From NCBI GenBank assembly GCA_965233585.1, contig CBDDTI010000523.1, positions 1-56,613 of the forward strand: 56,613 nt of DNA, in the 5' to 3' direction. Origin of the DNA: a bacterium (GTDB lineage Bacteria; SAR324; NAC60-12). Numbering within the stretch: position 1 is the first letter of the stretch; the number at the start of each line of letters is the position of its first letter. Below the pieces are notes generated by a model. That model did not search any database. It was not told the origin of the DNA and worked only from the letters and a program-made list of their open reading frames with translations. The position numbers and the translations under genes were made by a program. Of this stretch, positions 55,772-56,613 are shown in pieces.

Positions 55772-55850
55772 GGATGTGTGGATAGCTCAGTGGTAGAGCA
55801 TCAGCTTCCTGCCCCCTGGACCAGTGTTCAACTCCCGGTCCAGGACTCCA
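55772..55850 (+). mobile_element. tRNA-derived SINE head
   Basis: A box TAGCTCAGTGG (55783) and B box GTTCAACTCCC (55826); no intact cloverleaf. Confidence 0.6.
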
Positions 55851-56317
55851 AGTAAGTAGAAGCTGATGCTTTTTTAAGCTAGACCACATCCTTGGGGGGA
55901 GGTTGGAAACTCCTGTAATTCTTGCAACTGAGAACACAACCTGCTGGTCAAGGGTAAGGTAAAGACATATCTGAGCCAGATAAGTGCTGTCATCGCTCTG
56001 ACAGCCATGAGCACCTTTGGAGCTAGCTCGAAGGAATATCCCAGCGATCAGTATAACAATAACAAAGAATCAACAATTTTGCAAAGTAGTTTTTCACACA
56101 CAGTCATGCTTATCATTATTAGTATCATTATTATATTATTATAGTCATGCTGTAAGCCAAGCTTACAAGGATTATTATTTGTTAGTGGCTGTAAATGGGA
56201 TTGAAGATGGGTCTAGTTCAATTGTAAGAAATGATATTGTTGAAGTTGTATGATATTTTACATGTTTCCAGGTTTTTATTGCCCTGTAAGTTGCTCCATA
56301 CAGCTGAAGAATAAATT

Positions 56318-56412
56318 AAGTTTTATTTCCCCAAAAAAGAGTTTTATTTCCCTCAAGGGAATAAAGCAAGTTTTATTTCCCTCAAGGAGTTAAAGTGAGT
56401 TTTATTTCCCTC
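56318..56412. repeat. Short tandem repeat (AGTTTTATTTCCC x4)
   Basis: Four copies spaced about 21-30 bp apart. Confidence 0.7.
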
Positions 56413-56613
56413 TCCCTTAAAAAATTAAGTTGATTGCTTGCTTTATTGACGGAAACGATGTAAGGAAAGCCCACGAATTTATTGTTTTATCGATCAAAAA
56501 AAATTGCTTCTCCTACTCTCCAAAATCACTTGCTTTGGCGGTCTAGCAGGTTTGCCTCGAAAAAAGTAGTCTACTCCCCCAAGATAGTCGCTTTTACGAT
56601 GGAAACAACGTCT

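Noticed and set aside
55772..55850. Functional tRNA gene
   Set aside because: A and B boxes are present but the acceptor and anticodon stems do not pair properly; treated as a SINE head.

Overview
Eukaryotic (probably invertebrate animal) repeat-dense window. Its core is an AT-rich, apparently intact Polinton/Maverick (adintovirus-like) endogenous DNA virus at ~10.8-33.6 kb. It carries the usual integrase, capsids, adenain protease, packaging ATPase and protein-primed DNA polymerase B. It also has several unusual traits: its own adjacent TBP and TFIIB genes; a pPolB split by five GT-AG introns, the last of which (2.26 kb) nests two opposite-strand genes; two other four-exon genes; a tandem-duplicated penton; and a cluster of five ~80-nt structurally conserved, pri-miRNA-like hairpins. 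On its right is a young LTR element (33635-42721, LTRs differ at about 3 positions) with no recognisable intact pol. It encodes a mini-gag, a conserved slippery site plus pseudoknot, and in the -1 frame a long ORF ending in a chuvirus-G-like class III fusogen. The flanks are nested, degraded Ty3/Gypsy-type copies (several from the same env-bearing family), a BEL/Pao element, a Transib-like MITE, a reverse-transcribed tRNA-Trp 3' half and a tRNA-derived SINE head. All calls come from manual reading and recalled motifs; no database searches were run.
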